Source of the DNA: Methanobacteriota archaeon
GTDB taxonomy: Archaea > Thermoplasmatota > Poseidoniia > Poseidoniales > Poseidoniaceae
NCBI GenBank assembly: GCA_018691345.1
Contig: JABGTJ010000012.1
Span: 1-61,299 of the forward strand
Length of the DNA stretch: 61,299 bases
Reading direction: 5' to 3'
Shown here in pieces: positions 10,870-19,688 of this stretch. Every line of letters starts with the position of its first letter. Positions within the stretch are counted from its first letter, which is position 1. The notes under the pieces are model-generated. The model was given only the letters and a program-made list of their open reading frames with translations. It searched no databases and had not been told where the DNA came from. The translations under genes and the position numbers were made by a program.

Positions 10870-10879
10870 AAAAAGCGCC

Positions 10880-12154
10880 TCACATGAAGATGGTAGCTGG
10901 GTGTTCGAGGTACGACTTGACCAGTTGGACAAGGCTTGCACCGTCATGTCCATCAACAACTCGATGATCCCAGGAGGACGAGAGGTTCATGATTCTACGA
11001 ATGACAATATTTCCGTCCTTGACGACTGCACGGTCTTTTGCGTTGTGAACGCCGAGGATACCTACTTCTGGCTTGTTGATGATTGGTGTTGCTCCTAATC
11101 CACCAAGCCGTCCAAGACTTGTAATGGTGAATGTTGAGCCAGACAAGTCATCCGCAGACGCTTTCCCATCACGGGTTGCGCTGGTGACACGAGTCATTTC
11201 AGTAGCAGATTGCCAGATGTCCATTGCTTCGACGTGCTTGACGACCGGGACAAACAAGCCTCGGTCGGTTTGAGTTGCAATGCCGAGGTTGATGGCTTCA
11301 TGTCGAGTAACTACGTTTGAGTCATCATCGTAAAGTGCGTTGCATTCGGGACGTTCCTCGAGTGCCTTGACAAGAGCCTGCATAATGAACGGCAGATAGG
11401 TGAGCTTTGGCGCACCCTCTGGACGGGTTGCGTTGAGATGTTGTCGTAGTTCTTCGAGAGCGGTGACGTCAACTTCTTCAAAGTATGAAAAGTGAGGGAT
11501 TGTTGTGTACGAAGAAATCATGCCTTCAGCAATCTTTCTTCGCAATCCAATAACTTTGATGTCTTCAGTTCCGTTCTTTTCGATGCGTGCAGAAGCGCCC
11601 ATTGGACGAGCACTGCTTGCGCCGCTTGCGCCGCCTGCGATGTGAGCGTCGAGGTCGGCATGACTGATTCGGCCAGCAGGCCCAGATCCAGCAACGAAGT
11701 TGAGGTCGATGTTGGCTTGGCGTGCTCTTTGGCGTACCGCCGGACTCGCCAATGCTTTGGTTCCCGGTGCTCGTGCAACGACTGCTGCAGGAGCAGGTGC
11801 AGGTGCAGGTGTAGGTGTAGGTGCAGGTTTAGGTTCTGCTTTTGGCTCTGGAGCCGGAGCAGTTTCAGCCTTAGACTCAGGTGCAGCTTCAGCAGACGAA
11901 GCGTTTCCGTCACCATCAACTTCGAATTCGATGCAAACGACGCCGACAGGTAGAATGTCGCCGGCTTCTCCAATCACCATGGTGACTTTACCGTCAACTG
12001 GAGATGGAATTTCCACAGTTGCTTTATCGGTCATCACTGATAGAATCGGGTCGTCTTCTTTGACGCTGTCACCGACAGCGACCATCCATTCTACGACTTC
12101 GCCTTCGACGACGCCTTCTCCGATATCTGGCATTTTAAATGCAAATGTTCCCAT
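10880..12154 (-). CDS. Dihydrolipoamide acyltransferase (E2) of a 2-oxoacid dehydrogenase complex
   Basis: Lipoyl domain with MTDKATVEI, an Ala/Pro-rich linker (PAPEPKAEPKPAPTPTPAPAPAP), a subunit-binding domain and the catalytic SWDHRVVDG motif. Confidence 0.9.
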   Translation of the reverse strand: MGTFAFKMPDIGEGVVEGEVVEWMVAVGDSVKEDDPILSVMTDKATVEIPSPVDGKVTMVIGEAGDILPVGVVCIEFEVDGDGNASSAEAAPESKAETAPAPEPKAEPKPAPTPTPAPAPAPAAVVARAPGTKALASPAVRQRARQANIDLNFVAGSGPAGRISHADLDAHIAGGASGASSARPMGASARIEKNGTEDIKVIGLRRKIAEGMISSYTTIPHFSYFEEVDVTALEELRQHLNATRPEGAPKLTYLPFIMQALVKALEERPECNALYDDDSNVVTRHEAINLGIATQTDRGLFVPVVKHVEAMDIWQSATEMTRVTSATRDGKASADDLSGSTFTITSLGRLGGLGATPIINKPEVGILGVHNAKDRAVVKDGNIVIRRIMNLSSSWDHRVVDGHDGASLVQLVKSYLEHPATIFM

Positions 12155-12156
12155 AT

Positions 12157-13167
12157 TTATTCCTCCTGTGTTTTCTTTATTGCTTCAGCGATACGCGCTG
12201 GACTTGGGATATAATCCCATTCTGTTGTGTGAGGGAAGGGTGTGTCCCATCCGGTCACTCGAGTAATTGGTGCTTCCAAATGATAGAAGCAGCGTTCTTG
12301 AATTGATGCGCTCATCTCAGCACCGAAACCGCTCGTCTTTGGCGCTTCGTGTACGATGACGCATCGACCAGTCTTCTTGATTGAATTCACTACAGTATCC
12401 CGGTCCCATGGGACCAAAGTTTGCAAGTCAATCAATTCGCAATCAATTCCAGAATCCTTGATCGCTTGTTCACTCACATGGACCATCGTGCCCCATGCAA
12501 TCACGGTGCAAGCACTTCCCTCGCGAACGATGCGTGCTTGTTCAAGTGGAACCGTGTAGTGTTCTTCTGGCACATCGCTGTCTGGATGTCCTGCCCATGT
12601 AGGGACATTGTGCGGGTCGCCGTAAAACGGGCCTCGATAGCATCGCTTTGGTTCAAAGAAAATCACTGGGTCGTTGCACTCGATGGCTGCGGTGAGCAAA
12701 CCCTTGGCGTTGTATGGGTTTGAGCAGTAAACGACCTTTAGACCAGGCGTGTGTGTGAATTGTGCTTCAGGCGATTGTGAGTGATGGTGTCCACCTTTGA
12801 TTCCGCCACCGGCAGGTGTACGGAACGTGAGTGGCGCGGTAAACTCTCCACCCGAGCGATGGCGAACTTTTGCAATTTCATTGACAATTTGGTCGTACGC
12901 AGGGAAAATGTAATCGGCAAATTGAATTTCAGCAACGGGTCGCAAACCGTTGAGGCCCATGCCCATTGCAATTGCGGCAATGCCGCCTTCAGCGAGCGGT
13001 GAATCGAAGACTCTGTGTTCTCCGAATTTCTCTTGCAATCCATCTGTGACTCGGAATACACCGCCGAAAAACCCGACGTCTTCACCAAAGATTACGACGT
13101 TTTTGTCTTTCGTGAGTTGAACTTCAAGTGCAGAGTTCAGTGCTTTTATCATGTTCATTTCTACCAT
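12157..13167 (-). CDS. 2-oxoacid dehydrogenase E1 component, beta subunit
   Basis: Shows the typical E1-beta / transketolase C-terminal pattern (FGEDVG..GGVFRVT, SPLAEGGI). Tightly packed between E1alpha and E2. Confidence 0.9.
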   Translation of the reverse strand: MVEMNMIKALNSALEVQLTKDKNVVIFGEDVGFFGGVFRVTDGLQEKFGEHRVFDSPLAEGGIAAIAMGMGLNGLRPVAEIQFADYIFPAYDQIVNEIAKVRHRSGGEFTAPLTFRTPAGGGIKGGHHHSQSPEAQFTHTPGLKVVYCSNPYNAKGLLTAAIECNDPVIFFEPKRCYRGPFYGDPHNVPTWAGHPDSDVPEEHYTVPLEQARIVREGSACTVIAWGTMVHVSEQAIKDSGIDCELIDLQTLVPWDRDTVVNSIKKTGRCVIVHEAPKTSGFGAEMSASIQERCFYHLEAPITRVTGWDTPFPHTTEWDYIPSPARIAEAIKKTQEE

Positions 13168-13176
13168 ATCAGCACC

Positions 13177-14418
13177 TCACTTCCCGAGTTCCTCACGTTG
13201 CTCTTGAACATGCCATGGCACGGTTTCATAGACTTCGGTAAAGATGGTCGAGGCTGGTGGATACGGTCCACTTGCCAAATCCCCAAACTCACAAGCAGCC
13301 TTGTAGGATGTCATGACTTCTTCATCGATTTTCTTTGCCAATTCAACATGGCGTTCTTCGTCCCAGAGTTCTGCTTTGATTAGATGCTCTTTAAGCCGCA
13401 GAATCGGGTCGCCACCAGGCCATTGTTTGAACTCATCTTTAGGGCGGTAAGCGGATGAGTCATCGGAAGAGGAGTGGGCCCCTGCACGATAGGTGTAGAC
13501 TTCGATGTGTGTTGCTCCAAGTCCAGCAGCAGCTCGTAGCCGTGCCCATTTCGTAACGCTGTACAGAGCGAGGAAATCGTTGCCATCAACTCGCATTGAA
13601 GGGATGTCGTAAGCAAGTCCACGCTCTGCGAATGTCCGTCCACCGGTTGCTAAGTTTGCGTGGGTAGAAATTGCCCACTGGTTGTTGACAACATTGAGGA
13701 TTACGGGTGGTTTGAAGGTTGAAGCGAAGTTGAGAGCATAGTGGTAATCTCCTTGGGCGGATGTTCCATCTCCGAGCCAGGAAATGCAGACTTCGTCGTC
13801 GCCTTTGTAGGCGCTTGCCATCGCAACGCCCACGGCTTGAGAGAATTGGGTCCCAACGGGGGAGGAAATGGAAATGAATCGTCCAGGTTTCCACGTATAG
13901 TGGACAGGCATTTGACGGCCTTTAACGTTGTCTTCAGTGTTGCCAATGCAGTGACAAATCATGCTGACCATGTCTCGCCCTCGAACAAACTGGGCGCCTG
14001 GTTGACGGTAAGATGGGAAAATCCAGTCCTGCGTCTCGAGTGCCATTGTTTGTGCAATAGCGATTGCTTCTTCGCCAAAAGAGCGCATGTAGAATGAGAG
14101 TTTACCTGTTCGCTGCATCTTCAACATTCGGTCATCGAAGATTCTCAACCGCATCATGTACTCAAGACCTTGAATCAAGGTTTCTGCATCCAGCATTGGA
14201 TTCCATTCTCCACTTGCAACTCCGTTGTCATCGAGAACTCGTATCAAACCGGATGCGTGGGGTACGGTGTCTTGGGCTGTGCATGAAGCCGGGTCGGGTC
14301 GATTCAAATCACCGGGTTGTTCGGTAAACTTACCACCGAAATCAGCGTCCTCGCCCGGTCGAAACGGCGGTCGCCCGATTGTGTACGGCTTTGTCATGGC
14401 AGTCACTCTCTCGGTCAT
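13177..14418 (-). CDS. 2-oxoacid (branched-chain type) dehydrogenase E1 component, alpha subunit
   Basis: ThDP-binding motif GDGTSAQGDYHYALNFA...NN. The general layout matches 2-oxoisovalerate dehydrogenase alpha. Confidence 0.9.
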   Translation of the reverse strand: MTERVTAMTKPYTIGRPPFRPGEDADFGGKFTEQPGDLNRPDPASCTAQDTVPHASGLIRVLDDNGVASGEWNPMLDAETLIQGLEYMMRLRIFDDRMLKMQRTGKLSFYMRSFGEEAIAIAQTMALETQDWIFPSYRQPGAQFVRGRDMVSMICHCIGNTEDNVKGRQMPVHYTWKPGRFISISSPVGTQFSQAVGVAMASAYKGDDEVCISWLGDGTSAQGDYHYALNFASTFKPPVILNVVNNQWAISTHANLATGGRTFAERGLAYDIPSMRVDGNDFLALYSVTKWARLRAAAGLGATHIEVYTYRAGAHSSSDDSSAYRPKDEFKQWPGGDPILRLKEHLIKAELWDEERHVELAKKIDEEVMTSYKAACEFGDLASGPYPPASTIFTEVYETVPWHVQEQREELGK

Positions 14419-14427
14419 TGTTCCACC

Positions 14428-15486
14428 TCACTCCATCTCTGTCTTAAGTGGTGCCGGTGAATCGCTTTGATGTTGAGCGACGTAGACGTATGCACCCGGC
14501 ATTGTTTCTTGATTGTTTAAGTCGAGGGTTTTACGAAGCAGCAATCCCGCTTTGAACGAGGAACGCACAAGAGGGCCACTTGCAATTCCTGCAAAGCCCA
14601 TTTCAATGGCTTGAAGCGCCCAGATATCGTACATCTCCGGTTCAGGAAATCGGTCCACTGTGAGGTGTTTAGCGGATGGGGCAAGGTACTGGCCGATGGT
14701 GATGAGGTCGACGTTGGCTTCACGCAAGAGATGCAAGGCCTCAGTAATTTCTTCATTGGTTTCTCCAACACCAACCATCAGTGAAGATTTCGTAATGATG
14801 TCCGGTCGAAGTACCTTCGCTTGACGGAGAATTTCTAAGGATTGAGAAAAGGATGCACGGTGATCACGTACCGTTTTGTCGAGACGAGGTACGCATTCAA
14901 CATTATGGGCGAAAACCGACAACGGACTTTCACGAAGAAGGAGTTCGAGTGCGTCGTGGTCGCCTGCTAAATCAGAGCACAACAATTCGAGTGTGATCTC
15001 AGGTCTTCGTTCATGAACTGCATCGATACACGATTTGTAATGTTCCGCTCCACTGTCCGGCAGATCGTCTCTGTTCACTACAGTGATGACGACGTGCCGT
15101 AAATTCATTGAATCCACAGCATCGGCCAATTGTTTCGGCTCATTAACCTCAAGAGGAGGTGGGGTTTTGATGGTTCCAACTGCGCAGAATCTACACCCCC
15201 TAGTGCATTCTTGGCCGGCAATCATGAAGGTCGCATCGCCACTTGCCCAACAGTCGTGAATATTTGGGCAGCGTGCTTCTTGACATACGGTGTGAAGGGC
15301 ATTGTCTTTCACTGCTGCTTTGGTTTTGTTAAAAAGGGCCTGCTGTTCTCCAGATGGCAGGGTAGTTTTGAACCAAGAGGGCAGCCTTTCTCGCTTTGGT
15401 TTTGGACGTAATGCAGGAGGTGTTTTACTCGCCATTGGAAGTTGTTTTCCGGACACCTCTGCTCCCCCTTGTTTTACCCGAGGCAT
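14428..15486 (-). CDS. lipA: Lipoyl synthase
   Basis: Auxiliary cluster motif CQEARCPNIHDCW and the radical-SAM motif CTRGCRFCAV. It is the first gene of the dehydrogenase operon. Confidence 0.9.
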   Translation of the reverse strand: MPRVKQGGAEVSGKQLPMASKTPPALRPKPKRERLPSWFKTTLPSGEQQALFNKTKAAVKDNALHTVCQEARCPNIHDCWASGDATFMIAGQECTRGCRFCAVGTIKTPPPLEVNEPKQLADAVDSMNLRHVVITVVNRDDLPDSGAEHYKSCIDAVHERRPEITLELLCSDLAGDHDALELLLRESPLSVFAHNVECVPRLDKTVRDHRASFSQSLEILRQAKVLRPDIITKSSLMVGVGETNEEITEALHLLREANVDLITIGQYLAPSAKHLTVDRFPEPEMYDIWALQAIEMGFAGIASGPLVRSSFKAGLLLRKTLDLNNQETMPGAYVYVAQHQSDSPAPLKTEME

Positions 15487-15607
15487 TGCCTTTCAAAAAG
15501 GTGTACTTTGGACTGCATTTGTAAACATCTTCATTTTATTTGATTCTAAGTATCGACTGGATGCATGTTTAACAGCATTGATGAGGGTTGGAGTGTTGGT
15601 CGAGTTC

Positions 15608-16354
15608 ATGGGACAACGGGTTGCACTCATAACCGGGAGTGGTAAGCGGATTGGAGCTGCCGTGGCGACTAAACTGTTGTCCGAAGGATGGTTTGTTTTT
15701 CTTCATGTACGCAATTCACTCGCAGAGGCTCAAAACCTTCTCGATGAATATCAGCGTGAAAACGGCATTCAGGCAGCTGCGGAAATCGTCAAAGCAGACC
15801 TGGACAGCGACGACGAATTGAACCAATTGATTGAGCATGTTCTGGCCCATGAATCTGTGAAAAGCAACGGTGGATTACACGGGTTAGTACATAATGCATC
15901 AATCTATAATTCAACCAACTTCGAGGAAGTTTCGCTGGCGGAATTACGCCTAAACAACCGTATCCATGTTGAGGTGCCTTTCCTTCTTACTCAACGGCTC
16001 ATCGAACCGCTCAAGAATGCGAACGGTTGCATCATCGGGATGACAGACACTTCACTTGGGCGCGCTTGGGAAGGGCTCTCTCATTACACCTCAAGCAAAG
16101 CAGCTCTTCGTCAACTCATGATGAACCTCGCCGGTGATTTAGCGCCTGAGGTCCGAGTGAACTGCGTAGCCCCAGGGGCAATCATGGCCGCTGAATGGGA
16201 AGCCGAGCACTTTGCCTCCGTGATTGAGAAGATTCCTCTCGGACGTGCCGGTGAGGTAGAGGACGTTGCCAATGCCGTACATTTCCTACTTGAATCGCCT
16301 TATTTGTCCGGTCAAGTCATCGAAGTTGACGGTGGCTGGTCTGTAGCTCCTTAG
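15608..16354 (+). CDS. Short-chain dehydrogenase/reductase (pteridine-reductase-like)
   Basis: ALITGSGKRIGAAVA cofactor motif, NASI and a YTSSK catalytic Tyr/Lys. The start is set at the ATG at 15608, because the upstream part of the ORF-track ORF overlaps lipA and is not protein-like. Confidence 0.75.
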   Translation: MGQRVALITGSGKRIGAAVATKLLSEGWFVFLHVRNSLAEAQNLLDEYQRENGIQAAAEIVKADLDSDDELNQLIEHVLAHESVKSNGGLHGLVHNASIYNSTNFEEVSLAELRLNNRIHVEVPFLLTQRLIEPLKNANGCIIGMTDTSLGRAWEGLSHYTSSKAALRQLMMNLAGDLAPEVRVNCVAPGAIMAAEWEAEHFASVIEKIPLGRAGEVEDVANAVHFLLESPYLSGQVIEVDGGWSVAP

Positions 16355-16403
16355 CCAAGTGGCGAAGGGTTTTCTTCAAATCCTCTTGATGGTACGGTTG
16401 CCT

Positions 16404-16487
16404 GCAGGGGTGGCTGAGGTGGTCAAAGGCGCCGGGCTTAAGATCCGGTCCCGTATGGGTTCGTGGGTTCGTATCCCACCCCCTGCA
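16404..16487 (+). tRNA. tRNA-Leu (anticodon UAA), type II with a long variable arm, no encoded CCA
   Basis: Hand-folded cloverleaf. Acceptor GCAGGGG/CCCCTGC plus discriminator A. Anticodon stem CCGGG/TCCGG with loop CTTAAGA. Long variable arm. T arm GTGGG-TTCGTAT-CCCAC. Confidence 0.9.
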
Positions 16488-16577
16488 TTTGATTCACTTT
16501 TTCATTCCCCCTCGAAGAGGGGGCTTCTCATGAACAACCAATGCAAAACCGTTTAACACTCGGCGGGACAGGCCAAG

Positions 16578-19535
16578 ATGGTGAACAGGGTGTCCTCTCA
16601 ACATTCAACTTCAGTTAATCGACTTTTGCCAATGCTTCTTGTTGTCCTCATGGTTGGCTCAGTGCTGCCAATGTCGGCACCTTCGGAGTCGATTGTTCTT
16701 GAGGATAAAACGCTGGCTGAAGAGCCTATTGTCTCTGCTTCAAGCGGTGATTGCACATCGTGCCAATCCTATGACCTGTACCTTGACGAGATGACTTCTG
16801 AAAGCGGTGGAGATGGTTCAATAACCACCGAAGAACCGTCCGGTTCGCACCAAGAAGAGAGCGCCCTAGGCGGTCTCACTTTCCAATCGCCGGAAATGAT
16901 TTCAGATTTGCAGGTGTATGGCCGTGGAAGTACAGACCTGGTTACTCTTTCATTGTACATTCAATTCAGAGGTACAACTGGCTCAACTGCTGACATTACC
17001 TATTCACTTGGCGCAGGTGGCAGTGAAATCGATTCATACTCCGAGACGATTGAAGACCCTTGTACCGGTGGAACATTTGGAACCAGTGCTTGCCCATGGA
17101 CCTTGAGCGTCATTGATTTCGAAATTTCATCAAACGGCTTCACCGTCGAGAACGGAAAGCAAATTGAACTTGATATCGATGCCCAAGCGACCTGTGAAGG
17201 CAGTGGTAGTGGCGGTATTGGAGGGGACAATTGTGAAGTCAATGTCGCCTTTGGAGACGTTGAACAGACCAATGGATTCTCTAAACTTGAACTCAAGGCA
17301 AATGCACTTGCTGACTCCTCCGTCAAAGTTCATCGCCCCGGTGCAAGTTTTACCGACCCTGAAGTGACCGAATGGTCCCCGAATCACCGACCAGAATTCC
17401 GGACCATGCAGTTCACCGTCGATGTTCGTGATGCTTTTGGTCGCGACGATATACAAGGTGTCGACTTGATTTTGAGTACACCGAACGGTGCAAATTCCGT
17501 CTTTGACAAGTCCTTTGAGGACAATGATCTGAAGCTCGATAACGAGGGGCTCATCGGGAACTATACCTTCACTTATGATTCAGGTACGACCGCTGGAGAA
17601 TACCCATTGCAACTCGAGATCAGTGACTTGCAAGGCCATACGCTTGTGTTCGAGCACCCAGGAATCACCTTCATTGAATACGATATGTATCTCTCACTCC
17701 CTTCCTCGCAGCCTGATACAGTACTCATTGCACCGGGTCAGACGTCCAGTATCGAGTTCTTGATTGAGCATACTGGCTCAACTTCTTCTTCCATGAACGT
17801 CATTTTTGATTTGGTAGGCTCTCCGTTCCCGAACTCATGGTCGGACCCTGTGTGGGACCAGTCGGGTGGCTATACACTGAACGGTGGCGGTTCGTTTGCC
17901 CGTCCGATTCTTTCGTTTGATGTCGTCGATGGTGACTTGACATCTGCTCCGAGCAGCATTGAAATTGAGGCTCGAGCATTCGCAGATACTGAGAATGCAC
18001 AAGATGACCAAGTTTCGATAAAAACCATTACGCTCTCGCTTGAGGAGTCGGAAGTCCTTGCACCTCCGCGAATTTCAGTCTTTGAAGACTTTGAACACCA
18101 AATTCAGATTGCGGATTCCACTCGCCCTGAGGCCTATGACGAAACACTCTCTCACTACGTTGATGCGGGGGATACCAAAGGCGAGTTCTTCGTTGATGTG
18201 TTCAATGCAGGATTCATCACGGATGCTTTCCGCCTTCGAGTGACTGATTTACCGGATGCTTGGCAATTCAAGTTCTACGACAACGACACCGGCATGGAAC
18301 TCTCTGAAGAAGGAATTTACTCATTGACGCCCGATATTGGCTCCAACCAAATCCTCACCGTTCGGATGGATGTATTTCCTCCAAGCGAGCGTGATGCTCA
18401 GGATATAGGTATGGTTGGATTCTCTGTCTCGAGCACCAGCGATCCTGCACTTACTACAGACGTAGCCTTTACCGTTCACAGAACATTTGGTATTCTTGTA
18501 GAAGTGATTGCAGATTCTGACGGCGGCACCCTCGGGACAGTGGGTCCAGTGGCTCCCGACAGTTCGGTTTACTTCAACATGCGAATTACCGATTCGACTG
18601 AAGGACTCGGCCAAACAACATGGCGAATCATTAATCCAAGCGACCTTGAACGTAATACTGATGAGACCGATGGAGACCCAATGTACGGGACCTGGGACTA
18701 TGATCTTTCCAACGGAACCGAATCAAATATTGTTGTTGTCTATCTCGAACAAGATGAATACGTCGACCTCAAACTCGACATGACGCTTGGTAAGAATGTA
18801 GAGGCTGGTCTTCACACCGTCTTTGTCCGTGTGATTGAAGAAGGAGTCGATTCAGAGGAAGCCCGATATTTTGACCTACCTGTAACCGTTGAAGTCCGAG
18901 AAGAAGTCGTTGCCGGTAGAATCACCATTACCGACTCAAGCAGTGAAATTATTCAATTTGAATCCAATCAGCAAAGAAACTTGAACTACAGGATTTCGAA
19001 CGACAACAACATACCACTTGATGTCGTGATTACACTTGATGAACCAAACGGCTGGGTTGGTGTCATTCGTGCATCATCTGACCAAGCAGGAGGCAGTTTC
19101 CTGTTGCTAACTTTGCCCGCTTACTCCGACAAAGACTTCTCGGTGTCCATGACGCCTCCTGACAACCTCAAAGACGGCGAACAGATCAAGTTCTTACTTA
19201 CAGTCACGCCAATGGATGAAGAAGTCCCATATGATGCAGAATTTACCCAAATTGTACCGTTCACCTACCAAACCAACTGCAACGGTATCGGCTGCCTAAT
19301 GAACGAAGTGATTAACCCAGGGCCACAAACTCTCGCACTGGGGGCAGGTCTTGTCTTGGTTCTGGTCTTCGCAGTGTACCGCCGTGGCCAATCATCGAGA
19401 GTTCAGGCGGAATCCAAATTGAACTGGGTTGATGAACAATTCGAAGCCAACCTTATTCCTGAAGAGTCGGTTCCAGAACCAGTTGTCGAAGAAGACGACG
19501 AACTGGAACTTTTGGATGAACTCGATAATTTGTGA
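16578..19535 (+). CDS. Large secreted, C-terminally anchored cell-surface protein
   Basis: N-terminal signal-like helix (LLPMLLVVLMVGSVLPMSAPS) and a long Ser/Thr/Asp-rich region with Ig-like strand patterns. A single C-terminal TM (LALGAGLVLVLVFAVY) is followed by RRGQ and an acidic tail. Confidence 0.6.
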   Translation: MVNRVSSQHSTSVNRLLPMLLVVLMVGSVLPMSAPSESIVLEDKTLAEEPIVSASSGDCTSCQSYDLYLDEMTSESGGDGSITTEEPSGSHQEESALGGLTFQSPEMISDLQVYGRGSTDLVTLSLYIQFRGTTGSTADITYSLGAGGSEIDSYSETIEDPCTGGTFGTSACPWTLSVIDFEISSNGFTVENGKQIELDIDAQATCEGSGSGGIGGDNCEVNVAFGDVEQTNGFSKLELKANALADSSVKVHRPGASFTDPEVTEWSPNHRPEFRTMQFTVDVRDAFGRDDIQGVDLILSTPNGANSVFDKSFEDNDLKLDNEGLIGNYTFTYDSGTTAGEYPLQLEISDLQGHTLVFEHPGITFIEYDMYLSLPSSQPDTVLIAPGQTSSIEFLIEHTGSTSSSMNVIFDLVGSPFPNSWSDPVWDQSGGYTLNGGGSFARPILSFDVVDGDLTSAPSSIEIEARAFADTENAQDDQVSIKTITLSLEESEVLAPPRISVFEDFEHQIQIADSTRPEAYDETLSHYVDAGDTKGEFFVDVFNAGFITDAFRLRVTDLPDAWQFKFYDNDTGMELSEEGIYSLTPDIGSNQILTVRMDVFPPSERDAQDIGMVGFSVSSTSDPALTTDVAFTVHRTFGILVEVIADSDGGTLGTVGPVAPDSSVYFNMRITDSTEGLGQTTWRIINPSDLERNTDETDGDPMYGTWDYDLSNGTESNIVVVYLEQDEYVDLKLDMTLGKNVEAGLHTVFVRVIEEGVDSEEARYFDLPVTVEVREEVVAGRITITDSSSEIIQFESNQQRNLNYRISNDNNIPLDVVITLDEPNGWVGVIRASSDQAGGSFLLLTLPAYSDKDFSVSMTPPDNLKDGEQIKFLLTVTPMDEEVPYDAEFTQIVPFTYQTNCNGIGCLMNEVINPGPQTLALGAGLVLVLVFAVYRRGQSSRVQAESKLNWVDEQFEANLIPEESVPEPVVEEDDELELLDELDNL

Positions 19536-19688
19536 TGCTTTTTGACCAGACTTCACAGAGGCATTGCCAGCAAAAAGTCTCGAAAAAACCTCGAAGCGGT
19601 TATGCATCCTTTTTTGAGAACTTAAAGGGGCAACTGCGAGGCATCATTTCCTTTTTTACCTCGCAGTAATACCTTCGAAAAAGGAATA

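Noticed and set aside
10870-10959. Upstream extension of the E3 ORF (MLMDMTVQALSNW...)
   Set aside because: It would overlap the E2 3' end by 80 nt. The FAD-binding fold begins immediately after the ATG at 10869.
11492-12266. Three overlapping ORFs of 150-190 aa (11492-11953 plus, 11518-11973 minus, 11700-12266 plus)
   Set aside because: They lie within the E2 gene and arise from its GC-rich Ala/Pro linker. E2 motifs (lipoyl Lys, DHRVVDG) define the true frame.
15302-15607. N-terminal 102 codons of the ORF-track ORF 15302-16354
   Set aside because: This part overlaps lipA on the opposite strand and is not protein-like. The SDR cofactor motif begins right after the ATG at 15608.
16359-16556. 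65 aa ORF in the ORF track
   Set aside because: It is entirely explained by tRNA-Leu (16404-16487) and its flanks, and the translation is not protein-like.
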